Positions 49,539 to 60,378 of a stretch of DNA of 64,000 nt are shown here, one piece after another (within the stretch, counting starts at the first letter, position 1; every line of letters begins with the position of its first letter). The position numbers were made by a program, and so were the translations under genes. Source of the DNA: Anaeromyxobacteraceae bacterium (GTDB lineage Bacteria > Myxococcota > Myxococcia > Myxococcales > Anaeromyxobacteraceae); assembly GCA_047602405.1 (NCBI GenBank), contig JASGHJ010000002.1:32001-96000 (forward strand). Direction: 5' to 3'. The notes beneath the pieces are model-generated. The model searched no databases. It saw only the letters and a list, made by a program, of their open reading frames with translations, and was not told where the DNA came from.

Positions 49539-50015
49539 ATGCGCCACCGCTCGCCCGTGATGCTCGCCGCCGCCATGTCCGTCGCGCTCGCCGCCTGCGG
49601 CTCCGACGTCAGGTTCGACGACCCCGGCTACGCGGGCACATGGACGGGCACGAAGTACTTCTACGCGCCGGACGGGACGCTCTCGGGCTCGGCTCCCGGG
49701 TGGTACGTCGAGCTCACCGTCGAGGGCCGCCACCTCCGGATCACGCGCGGGCCGACCGCGTCCGTCGCCGCCGACGGCTCGCTCGTCGTGGACCGGTACG
49801 AGTATCCCGCCACGTATCCACCCGGCCCGCCTGGCCACTGCGCGCCCTGGTACGACGTCGTGACCGGCGGGACGGGGCGGCTCGTGGGCGCGGACGCGCT
49901 CGAGCTCACGCTCGAGTGGACGCAGACCTGCGACGGCAGCACGCACCCGTACACGGGGAAGTACGTGCTGACCCGGCTCGCGTCGATGCCGCCGGCCTAC
50001 GTCCCGATGCCATGA
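49539..50015 (+). CDS. Hypothetical lipoprotein
   Basis: MLAAAMSVALAAC lipobox, YAGTWTG, beta-rich body with two further Cys. Confidence 0.7.
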   Translation: MRHRSPVMLAAAMSVALAACGSDVRFDDPGYAGTWTGTKYFYAPDGTLSGSAPGWYVELTVEGRHLRITRGPTASVAADGSLVVDRYEYPATYPPGPPGHCAPWYDVVTGGTGRLVGADALELTLEWTQTCDGSTHPYTGKYVLTRLASMPPAYVPMP

Positions 50016-50043
50016 CGGGCGGGCCGCGGGGCGGCCCCGCCGC

Positions 50044-51448
<1,405 letters not shown>

Positions 51449-51505
51449 GGGGGGAGGATTTACCACGGCCCCATCCGTGCCGCGCAACCGTTCGCGGGCC
51501 GTCGC

Positions 51506-52513
51506 ATGCTGAACCCCGTGGTCACCGTCACCCATCCAGAGAAGATCCTCTTCCCGGACGCGGGCATCACGAAGGGCGAGCTCTGCGCGTACTACCAGGC
51601 CGCCGCGCCCGCGATGCTGCCGCACGTGCGCGGGAGGCCGGTGACCATGGAGCGGTTCCCCGCCGGCATCGACAAGAAGGGCTTCATCCAGAAGGACGTC
51701 TCGAAGGGCTTCCCGGAGTGGCTCGAGCGCGTCGAGGTCGAGCGGCGCGACGAGGACGTGGGCGGGACGGTGCACTACCCGCTCGCGAACGACGCGCGGG
51801 CGCTCGTCTGGCTCGCGAACCAGAACTCGGTGACCCCGCACGTCTGGGTCTCGCGGGTGCCGGCGCTCGACCGGCCGGACCTGTGCGTGTTCGATCTCGA
51901 TCCGTCGAGCGAGGATCCCGCGGCGCTCCGCAAGGCCGCGCTCGCGGTGCGCGTGCTCCTCGACGAGCTCGGGCTGCCCTCGTACGTGAAGACCTCGGGC
52001 TCGAAGGGCTTCCACATCGTGGTCCCGCTCGAGGACGACGGGGAACCCGCCGGCGCCGAGCGCGCCTGGCGCCTCGGCCTCGGCGCCGGCCGGGTCCTCG
52101 TGAGACGCCACCCGGCGCTCCTCACGCAGGAGTTCATCAAGGCCGACCGCGGCGGCCGCATCTTCGTGGACACGGGGCGGAACGTGCCGGGCGCGACGTT
52201 CGCCGCGGTCTACGCCGTGCGCGCGCGGCCGGGCGCGCCGGTCTCGGCGCCGTGCACCTGGGCCGAGGTCGAGTCCGGCGCCGTCGGCCCGCGCACGTTC
52301 ACCCTGCGCACGATGGCGGCGCGGCTCTCGGAGGTGGGGGAGCTGTGGTCGGACCTGGATGCCAGAAGGGTCACGCTCCGCGACGCGTCGGCGCGGCTCG
52401 ATGCCTTGCTCACCGAGGCCGACTGGGCCGAGGCGCGGGCCGCGGTGACGCGCAGGCCCGTCTCTCGAAACGCCGTCTCGCGCCGGCCGCCGACCGGCAA
52501 GCGCGGCGCCTGA
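51506..52513 (+). CDS. Stand-alone LigD-type primase-polymerase (Pol domain)
   Basis: VTHPEKILFP..ITKGEL..YY, RFPAGI, PDLCVFDLDP, KTSGSKGFH, RIFVD, YAVRARPGAPVSAP..W.E; no ligase or phosphoesterase domain. Confidence 0.9.
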   Translation: MLNPVVTVTHPEKILFPDAGITKGELCAYYQAAAPAMLPHVRGRPVTMERFPAGIDKKGFIQKDVSKGFPEWLERVEVERRDEDVGGTVHYPLANDARALVWLANQNSVTPHVWVSRVPALDRPDLCVFDLDPSSEDPAALRKAALAVRVLLDELGLPSYVKTSGSKGFHIVVPLEDDGEPAGAERAWRLGLGAGRVLVRRHPALLTQEFIKADRGGRIFVDTGRNVPGATFAAVYAVRARPGAPVSAPCTWAEVESGAVGPRTFTLRTMAARLSEVGELWSDLDARRVTLRDASARLDALLTEADWAEARAAVTRRPVSRNAVSRRPPTGKRGA

Positions 52514-52581
52514 GGGCGCTCCTCGGCGGGTTCTTGTGGCTGAACGGATGATCAGGTATCGTCGGCCCCATGGGCCTGGCC

Positions 52582-53875
52582 ATGGACCTCGCGCGTGCGC
52601 AGCCGCTCCCGGCGCCGAGGATTCTGCTGCCTCGACCTCGACACGTTCTTCGTCTCGGTGGAGCGGCTCCTCGATCCCACGCTCGAGGGCAAGCCGGTCG
52701 TCGTCGGCGGGAAGCCCGGGAGCCGCGGCGTCGTCACGGCCTGCAGCTACGAGGTGCGCCGCCTCGGCGTGAAGTCCGGCATGTCGCTCGTCGAGGCGGG
52801 CAAGCTCGCCCCGGACGCCATCTACCTGCCCGTGCGCCACGACGTCTACGGCACCCACGCCGAGCGCGTGCGGGAGCTCGCCCGGAGGTTCTCGCCGGTG
52901 GTCCTCGTCGCGAGCATCGACGAGATGTACCTCGACCTCTCCGGCTGCGAGCGGCTGTACGGCGGCGCGGCGCCGGCGGGGGCGCGCGCGGGCGACGCGC
53001 CGGGCGACGCGGCCGCGGACGACCGCGCCATCGAGGCCGCGGTGCTGAGGCTGCAGGCCGCGGTGTACGACGAGCTCGGGCTGCCCTCGAGCGCCGGCAT
53101 CGCGACGAGCAAGGTGGTCGCGAAGGTCGCCTCCGCGCTCGCGAAGCCGCGCGGGGTGATGCTCGTGCCCGCCGGCGTGGAGGCCGCCGTGCTCGCGCCG
53201 CTGCCGGTGCGGGCCTTCCCGGGGATCGGCCCCGTCGGCGAGGCGAAGCTCACCGCCGCCGGTTTCCGGACGCTGGGCGAGGTGGCGGCGGCGCCGGTCG
53301 AGGAGCTCGGGAAGATCTTCGGCGCGTGGGCGGCCTCGATCTCCCGCGGCGTGCAGGGACTCGGCTCGGGCGAGCTCGGCCGCGAGCGGCCCGCGTTCTC
53401 GGAGCACGACCCCGAGGGCGAGACCGTCGGCAGCATCTCGAACGAGCGCACCTTCGCCGAGGACGTGAGCGATCCGGCCTCCATCGAGGCCGTGCTGTGC
53501 GGCCTCACCGAGCGCGTCTGCTGGCGCGCGCGCAAGCGCCACGTGAAGGCGCGCACCGTGACGCTGAAGCTCCGGTACGCCGACTTCCACACGCTGACGC
53601 GCTCGCAGACGACGACCGCCACGAGCTCCGAGCTCGAGCTCTACCCGATCGTGAAGGAGATGTTCCTCGCGGCGCGGACGCGGCGCCTGCCGATCCGGCT
53701 GCTCGGCATCCAGCTCTCGAACCTGGGCGTCTCGGAGCAGCTCCCGCTCTTCGATCGCAACGACAAGGTCGGCGCGGTCGTCGACCGCATCCGGGAGCGC
53801 TTCGGGTTCGAGAAGCTCAACCTCGCCACGGCGCAGCGGCCGCGCCGGGCGCCCGGGGCGTCGAGGCGGCCTTGA
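52582..53875 (+). CDS. dinB: DNA polymerase IV; apparent +1 frameshift at ~52622
   Basis: Removing one T from GATTC (52620-52624) gives MDLARAQPLPAPRICCLDLDTFFVSVE; RGVVTACSYE, SIDEMYLD, AKVAS..KP.G, PGIG, SISNERTF, LKLRYADF. Confidence 0.93.
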
Positions 53876-53884
53876 CCCCGCACG

Positions 53885-54775
53885 TCAGGCGCGCAGGTGC
53901 CTCGCGAAGAACTCCAGGGTGCGCTTCCAGGCGAGGTCGGCCGCGGCCTTGTCGTAGCGGGGCGTGGTGTCGTTGTTGAAGCCGTGCTGCGTGCCCGGGT
54001 AGACGAAGAGCTGGTAGGGGACCTTGTTCGCCTTCAGCGCCTGCTCGAACGCGGGGATGCCCGCGTTGATCCGCTCGTCGTTCTCGGCGTACTGGATGAG
54101 CAGCGGCGCCTTGATGCGCGCGACGTCCTCCGCCGCCGGCGGCCCGCCGTAGAAGGGCACGCCCGCGGCGAGCTCCGGCGCGTGCGCGGCGAGGAAGGTC
54201 ACCATGCCGCCGCCCCAGCAGAAGCCCACCGCGCCGACCTTCCCGGTGCACTCCGGGCGCTGCTCCAGGAACGCGAGCCCGGCGAGCATGTCCTCCCGGG
54301 TCCTCGCCGGGTCGAGCTTCCCGAACAGCGCGCGCGCCTCGTCCTCGTTGCCGGGGTACCCGCCGGCGGGCGCGAGCGCGTCCGGCGCGAAGGCGACGTA
54401 GCCCTCGAGCGCGACGCGCCGCGCGACGTCCTCGATGTGCGGGTTGAGCCCGCGGTTCTCGTGCACGACGAGGACGCCGGGCAGCTTGCCCTTCGCCTTC
54501 GCCGGCACGACGAGGTACCCGCGCATCGTGCCCGAGCCCTTCGGCGACGGGTACTCGACCTTGCTCGCCTTCAGGCGCGGGTCGTCCGCCGGGACCTGCT
54601 GCGCCTCCGCGAACCTCGGCTGCAACGCGTCGAGCAGCATGCTCGCCGTCACGCCGCCGGCGACGAACCTCGCCGCGCCGGTCAGGAACCCCCGCCGGTC
54701 GATGAGGCCGTGGACGTAGCGGTCGAACAGCCTCAGCACCTCGGGGTGGAAGTCCGACGCGGTCTTTCGGGCCAT
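53885..54775 (-). CDS. Dienelactone hydrolase family protein (YghX-like, Tat motif)
   Basis: YVHGLIDRRGFL, VVHENRGLNPHIED, VGFCWGG, HGFNNDTTPRYD. Confidence 0.92.
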   Translation of the reverse strand: MARKTASDFHPEVLRLFDRYVHGLIDRRGFLTGAARFVAGGVTASMLLDALQPRFAEAQQVPADDPRLKASKVEYPSPKGSGTMRGYLVVPAKAKGKLPGVLVVHENRGLNPHIEDVARRVALEGYVAFAPDALAPAGGYPGNEDEARALFGKLDPARTREDMLAGLAFLEQRPECTGKVGAVGFCWGGGMVTFLAAHAPELAAGVPFYGGPPAAEDVARIKAPLLIQYAENDERINAGIPAFEQALKANKVPYQLFVYPGTQHGFNNDTTPRYDKAAADLAWKRTLEFFARHLRA

Positions 54776-54784
54776 GAGGGGGGC

Positions 54785-56758
54785 CTAACGGACGGGCAGG
54801 TGCGCGCCAGCCTCCGTCGGGGCCCGGGGCGCCGCCTCGATGAGCGCCTGCAGCTGATCGAGGGGCGCCGGCTTCGGGAGCTGCGCGTCGAACCCGGCCG
54901 CCCTCCCGCGCTCGCGGTCCTCGGGCTGGGTGTAGCCGCTCACGGCGATGAGGCGCACGCCCTGGAGCGCGGGGTCGCTGCGCATCGCGCGCGCGACCTC
55001 GTAGCCGTCCATGTCCGGCAGGCCGATGTCGCAGAGCACGACGTCGGGGTGGAGCGAGCGCGCCATCCCGATGCCGGTCGCGCCGTCGGGTGCGAGCTGC
55101 ACCTCGTGGCCCTCCAGCGAGAGGACGTCGGCGAGGGTCTGCGCGGCGTCGAGGTTGTCCTCGACCACGAGCACGCGGTGCGGGTGGCGGCACCTTCCCG
55201 GCGGCGGCGCCGCGGTCGGCTCCGGACCCGGTGGGCTGGCGTCCACCGGGAACGAGACCGTGAACCGCGATCCGCGCCCGGGGCCTCCGCTCGAGGCCGA
55301 CACCGTTCCGCCCTGGAGCTCGACGAGCCCCTTCGACAGCGCGAGCCCGAGGCCCAGCCCGCCGCGGACCCGCGCCGGCCCGCCCTCCCCCTGCGCGAAG
55401 GGCTCGAACATCCGCGCGACGAGGGCCGGCTCCATCCCGATGCCGGTGTCCTCCACGGTCAGGACCGCGCGGCCGCCCTCCTCGCGGAGCGAGACCGCGA
55501 CCGACCCGCCCGGCGGGGTGAACTTCTCCGCGTTCTGCAGGAGGTTGCCGACGACCTGGCTCACGCGCTCGGCGTCGACGTTCACCCGCACCGGCGCGGC
55601 GGGCAGGGTGAGCGGGTGCGCCAGCCCCGCCCGCTCGAGGAGCGGGGCGTGGTCTTCGGTCACCGCGCGCACCACGTCCCGCAGGTCCAGCACGGAGCGC
55701 TGGATGCGGACCTTGCCGCGCGAGATGCGGGTGAGGTCCAGGAGATCGTCCACGAGCCGCGTGAGGTGCTGCACCTGGCGGCGCACGACCATCCGGGCGC
55801 GCCGCGCCACCTCTCCGTCGGCGGGGGAGCGCTCCACGAGGTGGAGCGCGTTCTGGATGGGGGCGAGCGGGTTGCGCAGCTCGTGGGAGAGGACGCCGAG
55901 GAAGTCGTTCTTGCGGCGGTCGGCGTCGAGCAGCGCCTCCTGCGCCCGGCGCAGCTCGGCGACGCGGGCGCGGAGCTCCAGCTCGGTCCGGACGTGCTCG
56001 GTGACGTCGCCGACGTAGCCGTGCCAGAGCGTCCCGCCGTCCGGCTCGCGCGAGGGGATCGACGTGCCGTCCAGCCAGCGGAGCCCGCGCGTGGGGTGGT
56101 CGTACCGGAAGCGCGCGTGCCAGGGGGTGAGCTCCCTCCTCGACCGCTCGATGCGCTCCGAGACCTCGGCGAGGTCGTCGGGAGGGATGCGCTCGAACAC
56201 CGGGCGCATGTCCCGCGCGAGCGTCGCCGCGGGCAGGCCGTAGACCTCCTCCATCCCCGGGGCGGCGAGCGGCATCGACACCGTCCCGTCGGGCGCGAGG
56301 CGGAACGAGCACACCACCCCCGGCACGCTCGCGGCCACCTTCGCGAGCCGATCCTTCGCGGCGAGCTCGTCGAGGAGCACCGCCTCCCGGGAGCGGGCCG
56401 CGTCCTCGTCGACGCCGGCCATGAGGAGGCCGGTGAAGCACTCCCCGTCGAGGAGCGGGACCAGGCGGAAGTGGAAGCCGTGGAATGCGCCGTCGCGGCC
56501 GCGCAGCCGCACGCCCAGCTCGACGAGCGCGTGCTCGCGCGAGGCCCGGTCGAGCCCCGTCCGGAGGGAAGGGAGGTCCTCCGGCTCGACGGCGCGCTCC
56601 CAGCCGTCGCGCCGGGTGGCCGCGAGGTCGAGCCCCGAGTAGTCCCGCCAGCTCCGGCTGACGTACTCGAGCGCCCCGTCCTGCCGGAACACCCAGATCA
56701 CCTCGCGGCTCGCGAGGTTCAGGGCCTCGAGGAGCACGCTGCCCTTCACCGAGAGCAT
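54785..56758 (-). CDS. Hybrid sensor histidine kinase (two PAS, HisKA, HATPase, REC)
   Basis: WHGYVGDVTE, LSHELRNPLAPIQN, NAEKFT, GGLGLGL, VLVVEDN..CDIGLPD. Confidence 0.92.
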   Translation of the reverse strand: MLSVKGSVLLEALNLASREVIWVFRQDGALEYVSRSWRDYSGLDLAATRRDGWERAVEPEDLPSLRTGLDRASREHALVELGVRLRGRDGAFHGFHFRLVPLLDGECFTGLLMAGVDEDAARSREAVLLDELAAKDRLAKVAASVPGVVCSFRLAPDGTVSMPLAAPGMEEVYGLPAATLARDMRPVFERIPPDDLAEVSERIERSRRELTPWHARFRYDHPTRGLRWLDGTSIPSREPDGGTLWHGYVGDVTEHVRTELELRARVAELRRAQEALLDADRRKNDFLGVLSHELRNPLAPIQNALHLVERSPADGEVARRARMVVRRQVQHLTRLVDDLLDLTRISRGKVRIQRSVLDLRDVVRAVTEDHAPLLERAGLAHPLTLPAAPVRVNVDAERVSQVVGNLLQNAEKFTPPGGSVAVSLREEGGRAVLTVEDTGIGMEPALVARMFEPFAQGEGGPARVRGGLGLGLALSKGLVELQGGTVSASSGGPGRGSRFTVSFPVDASPPGPEPTAAPPPGRCRHPHRVLVVEDNLDAAQTLADVLSLEGHEVQLAPDGATGIGMARSLHPDVVLCDIGLPDMDGYEVARAMRSDPALQGVRLIAVSGYTQPEDRERGRAAGFDAQLPKPAPLDQLQALIEAAPRAPTEAGAHLPVR

Positions 56759-56881
56759 GGCCACAGGCTACTCCGTGCGCGCGAGAGAAGCAGGAGGCGG
56801 CCGAGCCTTGCATTCGTCAACGTCCGGGCGCTCGCCCGCCCGCCTGTCGAGCGGCGGCCGAGGGCCGCGCGCCCGTGAGCG

Positions 56882-57691
56882 TCACCGCATCACGACCAGC
56901 CCGGAGACGTTCCCGACCACCGGCGAGGTGATCGTGAAGCCGAGCACCGCGCGCTCGCCGGCGGGGCCCACGACGAGGCCCTGGACGTGCTTGCCGTAGG
57001 TGAGCCAGCCGCCGCAGGCGGTCGGACAGCCGCCGGCGCTCGTCACGGTGCCGTCCGACGGGCCGATGATCCGGGAGTCGGTGTCCCCTCCCTTCGCGAA
57101 CGTCCCGGTGCCCTGGAGGCGGAAGGTCTGACCGGCGACCGTGGTGGTGAGGTCGTAGGCGGCCGTGCCGGCGGCGTAGTCCACGGCGAGGGTGCCGGTC
57201 ACGGCGTCGGCGGCGCCGGCCGTGACGGTCGTCCCCTGCGTGGCGGTCGTCGCGGTGCTCCGCGCCGCGGCGTACGACCGCTTCAGGGTCGCGAGCACGG
57301 AGGCCGGCGTGGTGTGCGTCGAGGTCGTGACCGCATAGTGCAGGTGGCGGATGGCGCCGCCCAGCGTCGGGTGCGTGGAGGTCCCGGCGCTCCACCGGCC
57401 CCACGCCACGAGCCCGTCCGCGGAGAAGTCGTCGGAGGCGCCGTTCGAGAAGCCCCAGCCCGAGACGTCGTCGAAGGCCGTCATCTTGCCCGCCGCGTCG
57501 AACGTGAACGCGCCACCGAGGAGCCCGCCGTCGCGCGCGCCGTCGGCGTCCCAGGCGATCGCGCCGCCGCCGCTCCCGCTGAGCAGGGGGACGACGGGGT
57601 CCTGGTGCCCGCCGCCCCCGTCGCCGGAGGAGCCGCCGCAGGCGGCGAGGAGGAGGGCGGGGAGGGCGAGGCGGAGGGCGCGTGCGGTCAT
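56882..57691 (-). CDS. Hypothetical Gly/Thr-rich lipoprotein
   Basis: LALPALLLAACGG lipobox; beta-rich, AWGRWS motif, CPTAC near the C-terminus. Confidence 0.72.
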   Translation of the reverse strand: MTARALRLALPALLLAACGGSSGDGGGGHQDPVVPLLSGSGGGAIAWDADGARDGGLLGGAFTFDAAGKMTAFDDVSGWGFSNGASDDFSADGLVAWGRWSAGTSTHPTLGGAIRHLHYAVTTSTHTTPASVLATLKRSYAAARSTATTATQGTTVTAGAADAVTGTLAVDYAAGTAAYDLTTTVAGQTFRLQGTGTFAKGGDTDSRIIGPSDGTVTSAGGCPTACGGWLTYGKHVQGLVVGPAGERAVLGFTITSPVVGNVSGLVVMR

Positions 57692-57895
57692 GGGCGCGAG
57701 CATGTCGGAGCGGCGGGCGACGCCGCAACGTCACCTCCGTGTGGCCCAGCCGACTTCCTGCGAGTGGCCCAGGGTCCCCTCCTCCGGGCAGGCGTACGCA
57801 ACCGGGCGCCCGATCCGGGAGGCCGTGGACGGCCCGCGTGACCCGGGCCCTCCGGGGCCCTTGGTCCGGGGCTCGAGGCGACCCTATCTGCCGCG

Positions 57896-58225
57896 ATGGA
57901 GGAGAGGCTGAGGCTGCTCGAGGCCGGCCGCGCCGCGCTCCGTGCCGGGGAGCTGTGGGGCGCGGCGGTCTGCCTCAGGCTCATCTTCTCGACGGACGAG
58001 CTCGCGCGGCTCGAGCGCGGCGACGAGGCGGACCGGAGAGCCGTCTCGCTCCTCCGCGAGCTCGACGGCTATGCGCGGACCCGCAGCCAGCAGGCAGGCC
58101 GGGCGGCCATGACCGAGCTCGAGCGCGACGCAATCCAGCTCCTCGAGTTCGCCCAGCGCTGGCTCGAGGGGCGCGTCGGTCCCCGGCAGGCGAGCGCCCA
58201 CCTCCCGCGAGCGCGGTCGGAATAG
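57896..58225 (+). CDS. Hypothetical helical protein, 109 aa
   Basis: ATG start, strong GC3 bias, fills the gap before the PAS kinase. Confidence 0.55.
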   Translation: MEERLRLLEAGRAALRAGELWGAAVCLRLIFSTDELARLERGDEADRRAVSLLRELDGYARTRSQQAGRAAMTELERDAIQLLEFAQRWLEGRVGPRQASAHLPRARSE

Positions 58226-58257
58226 GCGTCCCGGCGCGCCCTGTTGGTGGAGGTCGT

Positions 58258-59403
58258 ATGCCTCCGCACCCCGACGCCCCCGCGCACGCCGTGCCGCCGC
58301 TCGCGTCGATCGACGAGCTCCTCGCGCTCGGCGACGCCTTCCTCGAGCTCGCCCACGACTGGCGGATCCTGCGCGTCAACGCGGCGCAGGAGCGGCTCTC
58401 GCGGACGCCGAGGGACCGGTCGCTCGGCCGGGTGTTCTGGGAGGTGTGGCCCGAGGCGGCAACCCCCGACTCGCTCTACTGGCGCGAGTATCACCGCTGC
58501 CGGGACGAGCGCGTGGCGGTGCACTTCGAGGAGCACTTCGAGCCGCTCGACCTGTGGACGGGCGTCACCGCCTTCCCGCTCTCGACGGGCGGCATCGCGA
58601 TCTTCTTCCGGGACATCACCGAGCAGAAGCAGGCCGACGAGGCCCTTCGCGCGGCGCTCGACCGGGCGGAGGACGCGAACGAGCGCCTGCGGGAGGCCGA
58701 CCGCAAGAAGGACGAGTTCCTGGGGATGCTCTCGCACGAGCTGCGCAACCCGCTCGCGCCCATCCGGAACTCGCTCTTCATCCTGGACCGCGCCGAGCCC
58801 GGCAGCGACGTGGCGCGACGGGCGCGCGAGGTCGCGAACCGGCAGGTCGGGCACCTGGCGCGCCTCGTGGACGACCTCCTCGACGTGACCCGCGTCGCGC
58901 GGAACAAGATCGAGCTCGTGAGGTCGCCCCTCGACCTCGCCGCCCTCGTGCGCCGGAGCGCCGAGGACTACCGGGCCTCCATGCGCGAGCGCGGCCTCGC
59001 GCTCGAGGTGGACGTCCCCCCGGACCCGGTCGTGGTGGTGGGCGACGAGACCCGGCTCGGCCAGGTGTTCTGGAACCTGCTCTCCAACGCGGCGAAGTTC
59101 ACGCCCGCCGGCGGGACGGTCGTCGTGGCGCTGGAGGTCCGGGGCGAGCAGGCGGGGGTCCGCGTCCGCGACACCGGGGTGGGCATCGAGCCGCGCCTGC
59201 TCGACGAGGTGTTCGAGCCGTTCACCCAGGGCACGCAGACGCCCGCCCGGAGCGAGGGCGGCCTCGGGCTCGGGCTCGCGCTCGTGAAGGGGCTCACCGA
59301 GCTGCACGGCGGCGCGGTCCGGGTGGCGAGCACGCCGGGCCAGGGGACCGAGTTCACGGTGGAGCTGCCGCTCGCGGTGGACGGCGGGCGGCAGCCCACC
59401 TGA
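58258..59403 (+). CDS. PAS-domain sensor histidine kinase (no receiver)
   Basis: GGAGG RBS before ATG 58258; PAS (WRILRVNAAQE..IFFRDITEQK), LSHELRNPLAPIRN, NAAKFT, GGLGLGL. Confidence 0.92.
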   Translation: MPPHPDAPAHAVPPLASIDELLALGDAFLELAHDWRILRVNAAQERLSRTPRDRSLGRVFWEVWPEAATPDSLYWREYHRCRDERVAVHFEEHFEPLDLWTGVTAFPLSTGGIAIFFRDITEQKQADEALRAALDRAEDANERLREADRKKDEFLGMLSHELRNPLAPIRNSLFILDRAEPGSDVARRAREVANRQVGHLARLVDDLLDVTRVARNKIELVRSPLDLAALVRRSAEDYRASMRERGLALEVDVPPDPVVVVGDETRLGQVFWNLLSNAAKFTPAGGTVVVALEVRGEQAGVRVRDTGVGIEPRLLDEVFEPFTQGTQTPARSEGGLGLGLALVKGLTELHGGAVRVASTPGQGTEFTVELPLAVDGGRQPT

Positions 59404-59408
59404 GCCGC

Positions 59409-60305
59409 TCAGCGCGCCGTCACGACCTGCGACGTCGGGTAGCCCTTCATCGTGCCGACCTTGCCGTAGCCGTCCAGGCTCGTGCCGGTCATGCACGTCG
59501 TCATCATCATGCCGCCGGCGGTGCAGTCGCCGTAGGCGAGCCTGTCGAGCTGCGCCTTCGCGAGCGCCGCGGCGGGGTCCGCGGACGGCACGAAGAGCAG
59601 CGCGTACGCGTTGCCCACGCCGCCCGCCTTCGGGCTCGCCGCGCCCGCGGCGAGGCCGTAATAGGAGGTGCCGGCGCCCGGGGCGAAGCCGCCCGGATCG
59701 AAGACGTCGGTCGTGTCGAGCGCGAAGGTCGCGACGAGGACCCCGTCCACCCCGCCGAGCGTGACGGCCTCGGCGGAGCGCTGGTGCGTGAGCGCGACGG
59801 TGGTCATGGGCGGGGCGTACACGCCGCCGTTCTTCGTCATCGCCTGGGTGAGCGTGCCGGCGAGGCCCGTGACCTGCTTCGCGGTCGCGTCCCAGGTGAA
59901 CGCGCCGGTGAAGACGGTGTCGTTCGGCTGGGTCATCGGCTCGGTGAAGGTCGCGACGACGCCGAAGAACCGGAGCGCGCCGGTCGTGGCCGCCGCCGAC
60001 GGCCCGGTGTCGTTGTTCGCCACGACGGTGAACGTGTGGGCGGTCCCGGACTCGAGGTCGGTCACGGTGATGGGCGACGCCGTGCCGTACGCGGTGTGCC
60101 CGCCCGGCTGCGCGGTCACGGCGTAGACCGCGATGGGCGAGGAGCCCGGGTCACCCGGCGCGGTGAAGCTGACGACGGCGGTGCCGGGGGCGTCTCCCGC
60201 GGAGACGCCGGTGATCGTCGGCGCGCCGGGCGGGGACCCGTCCTTGCCCCCGCAGGCGGAGAGGGTGAGGAGCAGTGCGGCGGAAAAAATGGCTGCGGTC
60301 TTCAT
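59409..60305 (-). CDS. Lipoprotein: FN3 domain plus Cys/Met-rich C-terminal domain
   Basis: LTLSAC lipobox, PGAPTITGVSAG..GSSPI..Y.VT FN3 pattern, C-terminal DCTAGGMMMTTCMTGTS..GTM. Confidence 0.8.
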   Translation of the reverse strand: MKTAAIFSAALLLTLSACGGKDGSPPGAPTITGVSAGDAPGTAVVSFTAPGDPGSSPIAVYAVTAQPGGHTAYGTASPITVTDLESGTAHTFTVVANNDTGPSAAATTGALRFFGVVATFTEPMTQPNDTVFTGAFTWDATAKQVTGLAGTLTQAMTKNGGVYAPPMTTVALTHQRSAEAVTLGGVDGVLVATFALDTTDVFDPGGFAPGAGTSYYGLAAGAASPKAGGVGNAYALLFVPSADPAAALAKAQLDRLAYGDCTAGGMMMTTCMTGTSLDGYGKVGTMKGYPTSQVVTAR

Positions 60306-60378
60306 GTGCACGACCTCGCTTTCGAGGGTGAGGAACTCGTCGAGCGGGAACGGCGGCCCGGGGTGCTCCGGTGCGCGC

